Source of the DNA: Blepharisma stoltei ATCC 30299
Taxonomy: Eukaryota > Protista > Ciliophora
Assembly (NCBI GenBank): GCA_965603825.1
Contig: CBFDEM010000045.1
Span: forward strand, 124,001-188,000
DNA: 64,000 bases
Direction: 5' to 3'
This document shows positions 37,176 to 49,755 of the stretch, in pieces. A program made the translations under genes and the position numbers. Below the pieces are notes generated by a model that was not told the origin of the DNA, did no database searches, and saw nothing but the letters and a program-made list of their open reading frames with translations. Each line of letters starts with the position of its first letter. The stretch's first letter is position 1.

Positions 37176-39086
37176 ATGCTTACACAAAGTCACACAGAAA
37201 GCCCTATCAAAATTCGCTCAAATAGGCCTAATTATTCTACAGATGAAGATGCAGGTCTTCTATCAGACTTCAAAGGAAACCTTTTCAATACATTTGACAG
37301 CAGCAGAAAAGCTACATCAGCATCTACAAGAAAACAGAAAAACGCAATATCTCCTTTTATTCACAAAAATCTTAGTTTGCTTCGTAAAAAGCGGTCTACT
37401 AGTGCATGCCCAAAAATTACTCCAGAGTTAGCGTCAAAAGTGGTAAAAGACTATCTCTTGCCTATGTTTGAAAAAGATTTAAAAAATAAACAAAATCATG
37501 ATCGAAAACAGCAATATCATTTAAAACTTGATAGGCTACAGACAAAACCATTAGAAAAGCTTTCAGGAACTGTATATGGCGATTTTAAGCTTACAGAGCA
37601 GTTAAGTTATGAACTGAAACAAATGAAAATAAATTTATCAACAGTCGAATCAAAGCTAAAAGACGCTGAACAAGAAAAAATAAAGATAGAAAGCGAATAT
37701 ACAAAGGCAAAAGAAGATTTTTTAAACTCAGAAATCAACAATCAAAGCATTTTATTCCAGCATTCCAGAGTAATAAAAGAAACCTCGAATTTAGATCAAA
37801 CTTTTATGCATTTATCTAACCAGGTCAATAAATATAAAGCTATGTATGAAGAATCAGAAAGAAAACTAGGACTAGTAGAAAAAGAATTGCATGACGAAAA
37901 AGCATGAAATGATAAATTACGAAATGTCGCAATTCAGCTTGAGCATGGAAACGCTTTAATTGTTATGGAAAGTGGGATTATTGGAGAAAGACTAAAAGGG
38001 CTTTATGAAGCTATTATCAATATTTTCAATATAAACTTCAAAGAATCAAAGCTCGAAAATGAATTTTTAATGCTGATTTCACAGCTAAAAGGCCTTGCTG
38101 AATTTGAATATACAAATAATACGTCTTTACAGATTATGGTCAAAGAAAATAATGAGCTGGTCGCCAATATAGGCGATTTAATTTATTCAAAAAATATTTC
38201 AGACACCCAAAAAGAAAAAATTGCAAAAACTTTTAAAGAAAGATCTGAAAGGTACCAAAAAGAAATAAATTCGTTAAAAGAAGAACGCGATAAAGCAAAA
38301 GCTGACCAAATAGAAATTGATAAAAAATTCAATGACTTAAATGAAGAGCTGAAAAGGGTGAGGAAAAAAATGAAACAATATAAAAAAGAGTCAAATAACG
38401 CTCAATATGAAGAAAAATTTTGCATTAATTGTATGAAGCCATTTATAGAAATTTATAATTATAATTGGTCTTGCAGAATCCATAAGAGTAAGCCAATAGA
38501 CGACACTTACTGATGCTGCGGAAAAATAGGCAAAGACGCCCCAGGCTGTATAGCTTCCAAACACATTTCAAAAGAAGATGAAGACTGTGAGTCAGAAGAA
38601 GAAAGCAACCAAAAAATCGCTTTTTGTGCTGTAATTTCTAATTAGAGCTGTAAAACCCCTGGACATTTCAGCTATGAATGCCCAAAAGATCCAAACACTC
38701 GCAGTAATTTTGAGCCAGAAGACGAACTCTTAAGGATCAATAATGCAGAAAATCAACAAAAAATAAACAAAGTCGTCGATTTGAACCTAAAAAATAGAGT
38801 AATTGATATGCTAAAAGAAAGAATGGAAGGTTCAGAATTTGTGAATGGAGAAATCACTATAGAAGAAAACGAAGAGAAAATCAAGCTTCACCCATTTAGA
38901 GACTTATTAGAGCTAAAAGAAGAATATGTTGAAGGGAATATGTATAACAAGGTCAGGATAGGCAGTATGAATGATGGAATATTTAATAGAGAAATGAGGA
39001 GGGCAAGGATAAATTCAAGTATAGAGCAAGAAAGCCCGATTAGACTGATGAAAGGGGTTTCAGAAGAATGGGATATGTTTAATTAG
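37176..39086 (+). CDS. Coiled-coil protein with Btk-like zinc motif and CCHC zinc knuckle
   Basis: Three ORFs join via two TGA codons and an intron. CINC...CRIH...(W)CCG...GC, and the spliced CASCKTPGHFSYEC. Confidence 0.8.
38631..38645 (+). other. 15-nt intron
   Basis: GTAATTTCTAATTAG; splicing creates the CX2CX4HX4C knuckle. Confidence 0.92.
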
Positions 39087-39151
39087 TTTACTGTAGATAT
39101 GTAATAGGTGTCGAAAATATATAGAGAAATGTTAATTGTTGAAATAATAAA

Positions 39152-40110
39152 ATGAGAGTCTTTTTGACAGGAGCCACTGGATCAATAGGAAGCTCAGTTC
39201 TTGAAAATGTACTGACCCCAATAATGGCCACGACATAACGTTTATTGTTAGAAATCAAGAGAAAGGAGAAGAAATTACAAGCGAAAATGGTAGAGCACAT
39301 TTTATTATTTTTGATATTAATATCAGCACTGTTCACCAACTCGGCGAAATTGCAGTAGGCTATGATGCCATAATTCACTGTGCACAAATGCCATACACTG
39401 AAGAAGGAGCTATGGTAGGAAATATAACAGTTGATGTATTGATATTAGCAGCTAAAAAGACAGCTGAAAGCAAACCTGTTACCATTGTATACACTTCAGG
39501 CATAGGGCTAAATGGCAACACTGCTGAAATTATTGATGAAAATCATGACGATATTTCTCACTGCCCAGAATCTGCAGCTCCAAGAGGGATATTGGAGAAA
39601 AAAGTCATTAATGCTAGCACTGAAAATCTTCATGGCGTAGCTTTAAGGGTAGGTTGGGTTTATGGGAAAAGCTTTGTAGACCAATGGCTTAAATTCTGCA
39701 AAGTCAACAACTATATTTATATTGGTGGCGATAGAGAAGATTCTCATATATGTTTTATACATCATGAAGATTTGGCGAATATGTACAGAGTTCTTATAGA
39801 GAAAAAGGCTTATGGACTATTTTTTGCAGTGGAGCCAGAACCCGTGACCCTTCAAAATTTGATTGAAAGAGTGTCAACACTTGGAAACATTCATGAAACA
39901 GAAAAAGTTAATCCGTGGGAGCATTTTTTAGGACCATATGGGCTCTTTTTGCTAGGCCATGAGCTAGATCAGCAGCTCTATCCTAAAAGATTTATTGATC
40001 TTTACGATTTTCAGTATAATCATAAATTTTTGGACTGGATAAATTTTTTTCCGTTTAATCAGATATTTTATGATGAAAACACAAAATTTTGGCAAATCAG
40101 AAATAATTAA
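39152..40110 (+). pseudogene. NAD(P)-dependent epimerase / atypical SDR with a frameshift (pseudogene or assembly error)
   Basis: MRVFLTGATGSIG is out of frame with GHDITFIVR...DAIIHCA...VYTSG; the shift is at the CCCC run 39216-39219. Confidence 0.7.
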
Positions 40111-40133
40111 ATAGGGAAAATTTATTGTTTAAT

Positions 40134-40631
40134 TTATTTACGATTCCTTAGTGGTGAATTGAAAGGCCCTTTTCCGTGTAGCTTAATAGAAGCGTTATTA
40201 AAGGTGGAAAAATCGGTTGATCGTCTGTGAAAAGTTTTAGGGTTTATATGCATAGCTGATTTATGTCTAAAACTAAAATCTCTTTCTTCTAATTTTGGGA
40301 TTTTTGTAAAATGCTTTCTGCATTCTTTTAGCCTGTCTTTTGGGCTTTCAGAGTTTCCTCGGGTATGAGGACTGACTTCTCATATACTAGAAGTTTCCTG
40401 GTTATTGTGATATCTTCCAAAATTGATTGACCTTTTTACATTGCAAAACGTTGGGATTTCTTTCAGTTTGGCTCTGTGCCGTTTTGACTTGTCATCAATG
40501 GAAGCTGTTAATATATTTTTGGATTTCGATTTATTTATATAATCAAGGACTGCTAAATGAAGGAACATATTTGTTGACTGGCTTGAAGGCGTAGGCGTAC
40601 TTGACCTACTTTGTATTGAACCAAAGCTCAT
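40134..40631 (-). CDS. Hypothetical protein
   Basis: Reads through the TGA at 40380 to TAA at 40134. Confidence 0.6.
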
Positions 40632-40678
40632 CTATTTATATCTAAAAAATTATAATAAATCTAGTTTATTCAAAATCT

Positions 40679-41470
40679 TTAATGTGTGTCTTCATTTGCT
40701 TCTATAAGGTTGTTTATCGCCCACGCAGCCATTTCTGTAAGCTCTTCGTCATTTCTATCCATAAGTTGACCTATATCTTGGCTCATGCCCAAATGGTTAG
40801 CTAAGTTGATTGTTTCTACTTCTTTATTTAATTTGCATTGGTGAAATATATCTGATAATAGCAAGACTATTTTTTTGGTGATTTTCATTGATTCTGTACC
40901 TCTGATGACTCTTTGTGCGAGGAGCAGACCGTCCTTTTCTATGAATTTTTGCCTTGCCAGTGTGTATTCTCCTCTTACTAAAGCACTTAGACAAGAAAAG
41001 TATTGTTCTTGGAGTCCTTGGTCGCTTTCTACTTGCACAAGCTCTAATAATGCATCTAAAGCTTGAGCATTCATAGCAGCTTCTTGGACTGCAGGGTTAT
41101 TTTGAACAGCGCTTGAGAATACTGATGCACAGAGTTTCCTAACTGATAAATATCTTGACCCAGCCATACACCTTACCAAATGTGGGATTCCTCCAACTTT
41201 TACTAAATTTCTGGCTGCTTCTAAATTTTCGATGACTCCTAATAAATCATACAAAATCGCTTCTTTTAACTCTCTTTCTTCGTCATTTCCTTCTTCGGCT
41301 GCTGATAAACAGTCAGTCGCTTTTTTAAGAACTGTTGTTTCGTCTACACAAAAAGATTCCAATGCTTCTTTGAGCCATTTCTTTGTTTCTTCGTCCATAG
41401 GTTTGACTTCTGAAGGTCTTGTTCCGTCAGAATAGCTGAGTGACCAATTAAGTAATCCAGTCCAATTCAT
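40679..41470 (-). CDS. HSPBP1: Hsp70 nucleotide exchange factor HSPBP1/Fes1
   Basis: WTGLLNWSL, MDEETKKWLKEAL, ENLEAARNLVKVGG and AVQNNPAVQ. Confidence 0.9.
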   Translation of the reverse strand: MNWTGLLNWSLSYSDGTRPSEVKPMDEETKKWLKEALESFCVDETTVLKKATDCLSAAEEGNDEERELKEAILYDLLGVIENLEAARNLVKVGGIPHLVRCMAGSRYLSVRKLCASVFSSAVQNNPAVQEAAMNAQALDALLELVQVESDQGLQEQYFSCLSALVRGEYTLARQKFIEKDGLLLAQRVIRGTESMKITKKIVLLLSDIFHQCKLNKEVETINLANHLGMSQDIGQLMDRNDEELTEMAAWAINNLIEANEDTH

Positions 41471-41711
41471 TTTTAAGATCAGAGCAGACAGATCTGATGG
41501 TATTTAAGCTTGTTTCTAGAACTTTCTATCAATTGTTATCAAATTTAAATGGATATATACGAGCCTATTTTAGTTTGGTATTATGCATATTTTGGCGTTA
41601 ATCTTTTATTTTTTAATAGTTATATCTGTAAAATTATTTTACCTATACATTTTAATAACAAAAATTCAAAAATTTAAAGTGATAATTACAAATAAAATAT
41701 TACATAATGTA

Positions 41712-42620
41712 TTATTTTAAAAATCTCAAAGTAGATGAAGAAGATCTTTGAAGCCGGCTTATCAGGCTGCTTTCCTGATCCTTTGTCAATTTTTTACTTT
41801 TACTAGAGTCTGGCTTTTTATTTGTTAAAATGGTATCAATATCCTCTAATTTAGCATCTTCTAAGCTTATTTTATATTTTGCTTTTGTGGCTTGAATATC
41901 AATAGGAGAACTATTTCTATTCTGCGGCACAACTTTTATAGCCTCTTGAGAAAATTTCATATTTAGCTGCTTTTGTGAGCCATTTCTTCCATAAGGTGTT
42001 GAAGGCTTTGTTGGGCTTGATTTTCTAGGTGTTGCTACTTTTAATGGGGAAGTTTTAGGAGATTTTAGAAGACTTGTATTATTATTTACTGAAGATACAT
42101 CAATTTTCATTGTTTTTTTCGGTTTATTGTTTGTAGTCGTTTTTAGTTCTTTTAAAGTGGAATACAAACTTTTATTATTGCTTGGCTCAGGTTTTTCATC
42201 AGGCAGTTTTGCTGATTTTTCTTCAGACTCGCTTAATTTGGCTTTATTTACTTTTTGAGGGTTCTGGGGTGGGTTATTAGGAAGTAAAGCTTGCTTTGCC
42301 GCAGCTGCTATATCACATAAATATTTACTATTATCTACACTAAGCTCTCTTTTGTGCTCTTCTAGTATAGAAAGTTTTCTCGTGGCTAATGGCTCTATCA
42401 TTGTGGTATTATGTCTTGTATAGTTTCTAGAATCATTCATGCTGCGGTCATTTTCTAAATAGCTTGTCAAGTCATTAATTTTTGAAATAAAATCGCCTCT
42501 TTTTAAAGATTTTACTCTTTTACGTTCTTCGTGTAGGTTGAGGAGCCTGATAGGTCTGCGTATTGGGCTGTTTATAGATTTCTCTAATGCAGCATTTTGT
42601 GTAGTTGTATTGCTATCCAT
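41712..42620 (-). CDS. Hypothetical low-complexity protein
   Basis: 302-aa ORF, S/P/K-rich. Confidence 0.65.
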   Translation of the reverse strand: MDSNTTTQNAALEKSINSPIRRPIRLLNLHEERKRVKSLKRGDFISKINDLTSYLENDRSMNDSRNYTRHNTTMIEPLATRKLSILEEHKRELSVDNSKYLCDIAAAAKQALLPNNPPQNPQKVNKAKLSESEEKSAKLPDEKPEPSNNKSLYSTLKELKTTTNNKPKKTMKIDVSSVNNNTSLLKSPKTSPLKVATPRKSSPTKPSTPYGRNGSQKQLNMKFSQEAIKVVPQNRNSSPIDIQATKAKYKISLEDAKLEDIDTILTNKKPDSSKSKKLTKDQESSLISRLQRSSSSTLRFLK

Positions 42621-45444
42621 TTTATATGGAAAATATAATATCCTAAATAAATTAGGATTACTGAGGGTAAATAGGAAGATTTATCATTATAGAATAACTA
42701 CTCAATTGTAAGTTTATTATAAAGAACTATTTGGCCTTATCAAAGCTCTTTCATGAATAATGGACCTTATTTTAATTGTTCTAGGACTTATAACATTTGC
42801 TCAGCTCTTTTTTAACAAGAAAGCTTAAGCGACGAAAAATCAGAAGCACTAATAATGTGGTAAACATTTTGAAGTATTTTTCAAACTTTTGCGTCTACAA
42901 GTTTATTTTAATGGATAAATAAACCATCACTGGTGTTGCTCCCAATTAGGTAATACTAATCATTTGCTTTAGTTCTAATAGGTTCGTTTAGGCTAACTTT
43001 TTAATATGCATTTAGCTATCAATTATGAAGTGTTTGGAATTTAAGGAATAGGAGAGTAATATTCGGAGCATTATACATTCTGGTGGAGCCTTAGTCTATT
43101 TATTTTAAACAGATTCAGATTCTCAAAGGAAATATTTGACATATGCTAATTAGGGAGTAAAGGTTAAGGGCAAGATTATTTTGCATTAGCTTTAAATTTC
43201 TTTTGAGATCTACATCATATGAGTAAATTTAAATGATTTATGAAAATAATTTCTAGGCCCCTTATAATAAAATTAATGGAAAGCGGTGATCCAGACTTAA
43301 TATTAGAAAGAAAAAGAAGAGAGATTGCTATCGGGATCAGAGATCTCATTAAAAGCGTAACTGTGCAGGATAATCCCGAGCCGGAAGAAATTATAAATGT
43401 GATGTCAGAAGCATCAAATGCCCATGGATTAGATTATTTGTTGGCTAATCAAAGCTACCTAAATATATGGACAAAATTAGAAAATATAGATTTAAAGGGC
43501 CCCTTTGCTTATTTCTATCTCGGACTAATTATTGATTATGATGACATGCCAACAAAAAAATTTTTTAAAGTAATAAAAAATTGTTTACAAAAATTGAATG
43601 TAAACTATCAAGATTTGATCAATTTCCTAAAACATTGTGGATTGGAAGTTCTAATAAAGCTTATTACAATTTTTGTGTTAGCTGAGAAAGTCGACAAAGA
43701 CAAGCTTGACGGAAAGAAAATATATGAAATAAATAATTCATTCATAGCCAGATTCAATTCAATTTATCTTAGAGGAGATAGTCTTGGCTATCTTGATGAT
43801 TTCCTAGTAAGAAGATTTTTGCAATTTTTAAATTTTGCTGATGAACTGAATTTGGGAAAAAATTGCACCATACCTGTTGACTCATGAAGTAATTTATTGG
43901 AGTGTGCTAGTTCCGCCCAAACATTTAAATACATATTTCCAGCACTCAAAAATCATATAAAATTTGCTAAAGATAAAACGTCAGAAACTCCTCATTTAGT
44001 TTCTTGTTTACTTTCACGTTCAAATAAAGCGCGTTATTGGGCTTCTGATCAGCTTTTTTTGAAGAATAAGAACTGAATGTCATCTTACATTAAGTTCTAT
44101 TTGGACGATTTGCTCAGTGAGACCATTACTTATGATCATGATACCGTTCCTTATGACCTTTTTTCGAGCGATCCCATTAGTTATGATATGAAAATACAAA
44201 GAATATCGTCAGCGATTTCTCTTTTTATATCGTTCATAACAGATAAAAACAAAAAAAAACTGAACAAATAATTAAAGATTCTAAACTAATAAGAATTTTT
44301 AAGCTTCCACAATGATCTGAAGACATTTATAAAGGGATAAGTAAACTTGTTGAAATTCAGCTTACAAGTCAGTCATATAGCATTGAGTTTTTGGATGAAT
44401 ATTTTTTATATATCAAAAACGATCCAGATCCATATTTAATTTCAAAAGCTCAAAATATAACGATTCAGCTTATACTTTTTTCTTGTTTAAAAATTGATGA
44501 TAAAAGCATTAAAGATTCTATTTTGAGTTATACTGTGGAATTTTTCAAAAATTACTATAAAAATGGCATTGCTATATATAATAGCGACTTTGCTAACATT
44601 ATTAATATTTTATCATTAATCTCTCGATACTTGCCTTTGATTTGGGATTTAATTTTTGAAGCAGTAACTGAGATGAATCTAAATTTAGAAGAATTAGATT
44701 CTGAACTAAATATGGATCGAGAATATCTAATAGGAAAACTAAAATCTAGGAGTGAGGAGCAATTGAACAATAAAATTCCAAAAGAATTTCTAAATTTTAT
44801 TGATAGCCTAATTACTTATCTTGGTGAAGGTGCAAGTGACTCATTAAATGAGATGGATAATATTATTAGAAATTGAAATATTGACTTTGATATCCGTTCA
44901 GAGAGCTATAAAGACAATGATTATTGGGGAAAAGTTTTAATTTATTATTGCTGAAATTCAAAACACTTTATTAGTTTGAAAGAATTTTGGGAAATGAAAG
45001 TTAAAGAGAAAAATGAGCAGGAGGCAAAAGAAGTGGCAGAACAAGAGACAAAACAAGAGATAAATGAAGAAACAAAAGAAGAGCTAAAAGAAGAGATAAA
45101 AAAAGAGATAAAAGAAATTGATATTGTACAAGAAGACTTTTCATCATTAAATCCAATCGATTTTTTCAGCGATATAAATATTCTATACCTTCCAGAAGAG
45201 CATAAAGGCTATAAAGAAAATCAAGTAAGCCAAAAAGGGAAAAAATGAACGCAAAAAGAAATTGATCTTCAAGTTCAGCTTCTATCAGAATTCAAAAATT
45301 GTTGCGTATTAAACATTTTATTTGACATAAAAATTTCAAATCAAGTAAAAAAGTGGTTAATTTCTCAATTATCCAATTTATTCAGTTTATCTATCAATTA
45401 TTCTAATGAAAATGCAAATTTTATAATAAAAACAATTCCATTTG

Positions 45445-48400
45445 TAATGCAGCTGATATCCAAACCAATAGTAAAAGCAAATAATAACCAAAAAAAGAAT
45501 TTCGATACTTTAGCTCGCTCCAGAGCTGTAAAAGAAAGCCTCGATAATATTGGCCTTAAAATCAATTTTTTCTCATAATTCTTCCTGAAGGTTTGCTAAT
45601 TCTTTTAATTCAGATACATCACTTATGAGTCATAGATATGGTGTGGTTTTTTCGTAATTTACTCCAATAATATCTCTTAAATGATTGATAAAATCTCTTC
45701 TTTCATTCTTGTATTTTATACATATATTTATGCTGTGTTTCTCTGTTTCTTTCGTTTTACATAAATTACACATATCATTTTGATTAATATTTTGATTTTT
45801 CTTTGAGTGTCTTAGGGCTGTTAGAGTTTGTGCAGGTCCTGCTGCGTATCTTCATGCTGCTTTAATTCTCGCTTCACTTACCAAGTTTTTATTTAGATTT
45901 CAAAATTGCAGTTGACATTTAGAGTTAAGGTTAATCTCTCTTAAGAATTTGTACGTTTTTAGTGTAATCTTTTTATCAATTTCTTTTTCATGTATTTTTT
46001 GCCAGTATCTTTTAACTTTTAATTTGACGTCTTTCTTTCAGTCTTTGTTAATTCAATTTACTTCACTGTCAGAGTACCGATATGGTAAATTTAATTCATA
46101 CTTGCTCAATAAATTTGCATATAAATCTTGAGTTGGTGTTATTCTGTCCTTTAAATTTTTAAGAAAATGTAATGAAATTTCAGAATATGAGTTCATTTCA
46201 TATATCTTTTGTAGAAATATCAATGATTTTTGATCAATATATTGTTCGACTGTAGGAATATTTAAATCAAGTAATATAGGCTCTATTGGTGTTTTGCTGT
46301 ATACGCGGCAACATTCTCTAATAATTTTATTGAACATTCTTTGGATAAAAATAATTGCAGTTTTACTTCTTTTTCTTGAGCAAATTTCCAATCCATATGT
46401 GCATCTCGGAAGAAATATTGCTTTATAGCAGTTAATTAATGTTGTAGTTGGGATATTTAGCATTTTTCTAATTGCTGGTATAAATGAACTACATGTACTT
46501 ATTGCTTTATTTTTTAAATAAGCATATTGTGATTGATCTAAACCTGTTGATTTTAAATTTCCTTTAAAAACAATTCCTAGGTATTTATATTTATCAACTA
46601 TTGGAATTTCAGTTCTTTTAAAATGTAGTTTGGGTAATTTTTGGAGGGTATTTTTTCTGTTTCTATTAATAATTGTCATCAATGCCGTTTTTTCAGGTCC
46701 TATATTTAAATCCATACCATTTTCTTCTGTTCATTTTTTAAGATTATTAAGAATTGACTGTAGATCCTCACATTTTCCTGTAATAAAAGCTGTATCATCT
46801 GCATATTGAAAATTTATTTTTGAGTATAAATTCTCGTTTTTAATTAATTCTAGGCTAATATCTTTTGTTACATTTTCAATATCATCGATATAGATATTAA
46901 ATAATAATGGAGAAATCGCACTTCCTTGTCTAACCCCTTTAGTAATATCGATTTTAAATGTTTCATTTCCGTTGATTATTAAGGTAGTCTTTTCTCCTTT
47001 AATCATCTGGGAGATTGATTTTCAACTATCATCTGTGACTCTCTTACTTTTTATCTTTTCCATGAGTTTAGTTCTATCCACAGAATCATATGCTTTCGAA
47101 AAATCTATAAAAAGTATATATGAATCACTCTTTTTCCCTTTATTATAATATTTTCGATATTCTAAGGTATTTTTCAGTAAGAAACTTTGTGTTATGCATG
47201 ATTTTCCTTTTCTAAACCCATGTTGTCTATCTGAGATCTTAACGTTGTTTTCAATTTTTCTTAGTTCAGCCTTGTCAAGAATCTTCATAAAACTGTTCAT
47301 TAATGTTATAGGTCTGTGATTCTTCAATTCTTTATGATTTCCTTTACCTTTATATATAAGAATAGTCTTAGCTTCATTTGCAACATCCGGTATACCATAA
47401 ATTCTGCAAGTATTTAAAAAATGTGTTATTGCTTCTACCATTATATCTCCTCCTTTTTTTATTATTTCATTCGTTATATTATCTGGTCCAGGAGCTTTTC
47501 TGTTAGGCAAAGATTTAATAATATTCTCAATCTTTTTTGAGTTTCAAAGTTCATCTTCTAGACAACCTGCTTGTGGAATAAAAGATATCGTACTCCTAAA
47601 TTGATCTTCAAATTCTTTTGTTCAAGATTGAATCTCAAATGCATTCATTGGTAAGACCAGTTTGTTTTTATTCAATAATCTTTTTATTTTGTTTCAAGCT
47701 CCATAGGGATCATTTATGCATTGTTTTAATCTATTTTCACTTATTATTTCATATCTATCTAGTCTTTTTAACTGATCAATGCATATTTTCTTTACTTTCC
47801 GTATTCTTTCAATAAATTCATTATTTTTCTGAGAATAGCAAAATTTGATTCATTCTTTGAGTTTGTTAATTCTTTTCCTTAAAATTTTCATTTCTGGAGT
47901 TTTAAAATGATCAGGCTGTAATTTAGTTTTTAGAATAATTGATTCTTCATCTAAGATAGTCTTTATTTCGGTATAGATTTGAGAAGGGTTATTTGTTATG
48001 AAAATACCTTTTTCTTTGAATTTAAGGAAGAGTCTGCTTTTAAAGGCTTCATGTTCATCTCCTTCTAGTTTATATCATGGAATAATTGTTTTTTGAGTTC
48101 CTAATGATATAATTATCGAAATGCGTGATAGGAGTAAAATATGGTTAGTATTTAATTGAGGGACTTCTATATAAATAATTTCTGATGTTGAGTTTGAGAG
48201 AATGTAATCAATAATTGTGTGTGTATTATGACCTCTAAAAGTTGATATTTGCATATCATTGAGAATGTATAGATGAGAATCTTTTATAAATTTAGAAAAT
48301 ATCTCTCCTGTTAGATCATCGATTTCAGATAAATATCCTTTTAGATGTGCATTAAAATCACCCAATAGTACTATTTGACGTCTATCCTTTTGATTTTTTT

Positions 48401-48711
48401 GAATAATTTCTTGAACTTCTATGATAAAGTCAATATAGTCATCAATTGATTTCTTACTTTGGTGATTTGCTACTACTGGGGCATAAGCTACTATTATCAA
48501 GTAATCTTCAATTAATGTTGCTGTTATTCTATGATTGTTAGTTTCAATTGATGTTATTAGATTTGCAAATGTTTCATGTATTAGTAACCCAGTTCCGCCT
48601 GATCCTCTGTTGCCAGCAATTGGCCCATTATTTCCAATTCAGATAAATCCTTGAATATATAAGGAAGTTTTCAGTCATGTTTCAGCAATTCCAAGAATAG
48701 AAATATCATTA
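45445..48711 (-). mobile_element. Non-LTR retrotransposon (LINE; APE endonuclease-RT-CCHC), 5'-truncated
   Basis: ILGIAET(W)L, GDFNAH, IIDYIL, KAPGPD, FIDFSKAYDSV, GVRQGSAISPLLFN, YADD and CNLCKTKETEKHSINIC. Boundaries are inferred. Confidence 0.93.
45510..48710 (-). CDS. LINE ORF2 (endonuclease/reverse transcriptase), 1067 codons including stop, lacking its N-terminus
   Basis: Translated by hand: one frame with no TAA/TAG until 45510-45512, and 15 TGA codons. Confidence 0.88.
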
Positions 48712-49755
48712 CATAATCGATTAACATTGTCTTCAGGCATTACTGTATTCGGAGGTGATATCTTAATAAACAGTAGATATAACGATGAAATGCCCTTAAA
48801 CGATTGCGCTCAGAAAGTCATTTTTTTCCATGAACTTGCGCACCATATCAGAAAAACGAAAGGGGGCTTCTATGATATTAACCAAAAAACTCCAGACACT
48901 AAAAGCACAATATTTAAAGGAGCTCCAGGAGCGAAAAAAGCAACTCAATTGCGATCTACGAATGAGGGTGGCTGGCAGCTGGAGTCTGAACTCTTCTCTG
49001 TATTTTTTGTAAAAATTTGTGACAAACAAATTAACTTTCTCAATATAATTTCAAGTTGGAACTTACCACTTCAAGAGTTCAAATACTGGCTGAGGAACGC
49101 ATATTCAGAGCATTCAAATAAATATCAATTGGGAAGAGGCAAGGATGGGCTGTACTCTTTAGAGAGAAGGGGTCATAACGATAATAAATTTGACTAAATT
49201 GGTTTTAAAATTTATTCAGCAGTTTTAATCTATTTTAATGATAAAAATTAAATTTGAATGGAAAGCATAAGCGAGACACAATGCTTGAAAGAAAAAGGAG
49301 CCGAATCAGAAGACTCATACAAAGTGCTATTATTAAGAAATTTTCCATTATTTTTAACTGATAAAAAGATGAAAAATAATCAATGATCTTTGCACCTCAC
49401 CAATTTCTATTCCAATAAAAAATGTTTTAACCTTTTATATTTCTTAAATTTTTGTTTATCCAAATATAATGACTAAATTATATCAAGGAAAAATTTTAAA
49501 GACTTCAAGAATGTGTCTATAAATAATTTATTCTATTTAAAATCTATCTATTGTTTTAAAAATTTCAGAAAAGCTTTGTATTTCATTTGGAAATTTATTT
49601 AATTAATGACAAAAATTAAAATTTATGAATCTTATAAGGTAAATGCCAAAAATTGAGTTAAAGCCCAAATATTATTTAAAGGTGGTAGCACAGCTTATAT
49701 CCAGTCTCAAAAATATATTTTTAGTTAAATTATTTATTTGTATCAATTTAGCTAA

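Larger units (their letters stand above)
43240..49197 (+). pseudogene. Large gene with C-terminal HEXXH zincin-like motif, interrupted by a retrotransposon
   Basis: With UGA=Trp the frame runs 43240-45446 (one frameshift at the A9 run 44251-44259) and resumes at 48712: SGITVFGGDILIN...FFHELAHH...EGGWQLESELF. Confidence 0.65.

Noticed and set aside
44251-44271. Euplotes-type programmed frameshift at AAA-TAA
   Set aside because: The required shift is -1/+2, an A9 homopolymer just upstream explains it, and the genetic code is not that of Euplotes.
48712-48730. Minus-strand NVNRL as the first APE motif of the LINE
   Set aside because: It is too close to the ETW motif, has no in-frame ATG, and the sequence reads as host coding on the plus strand.
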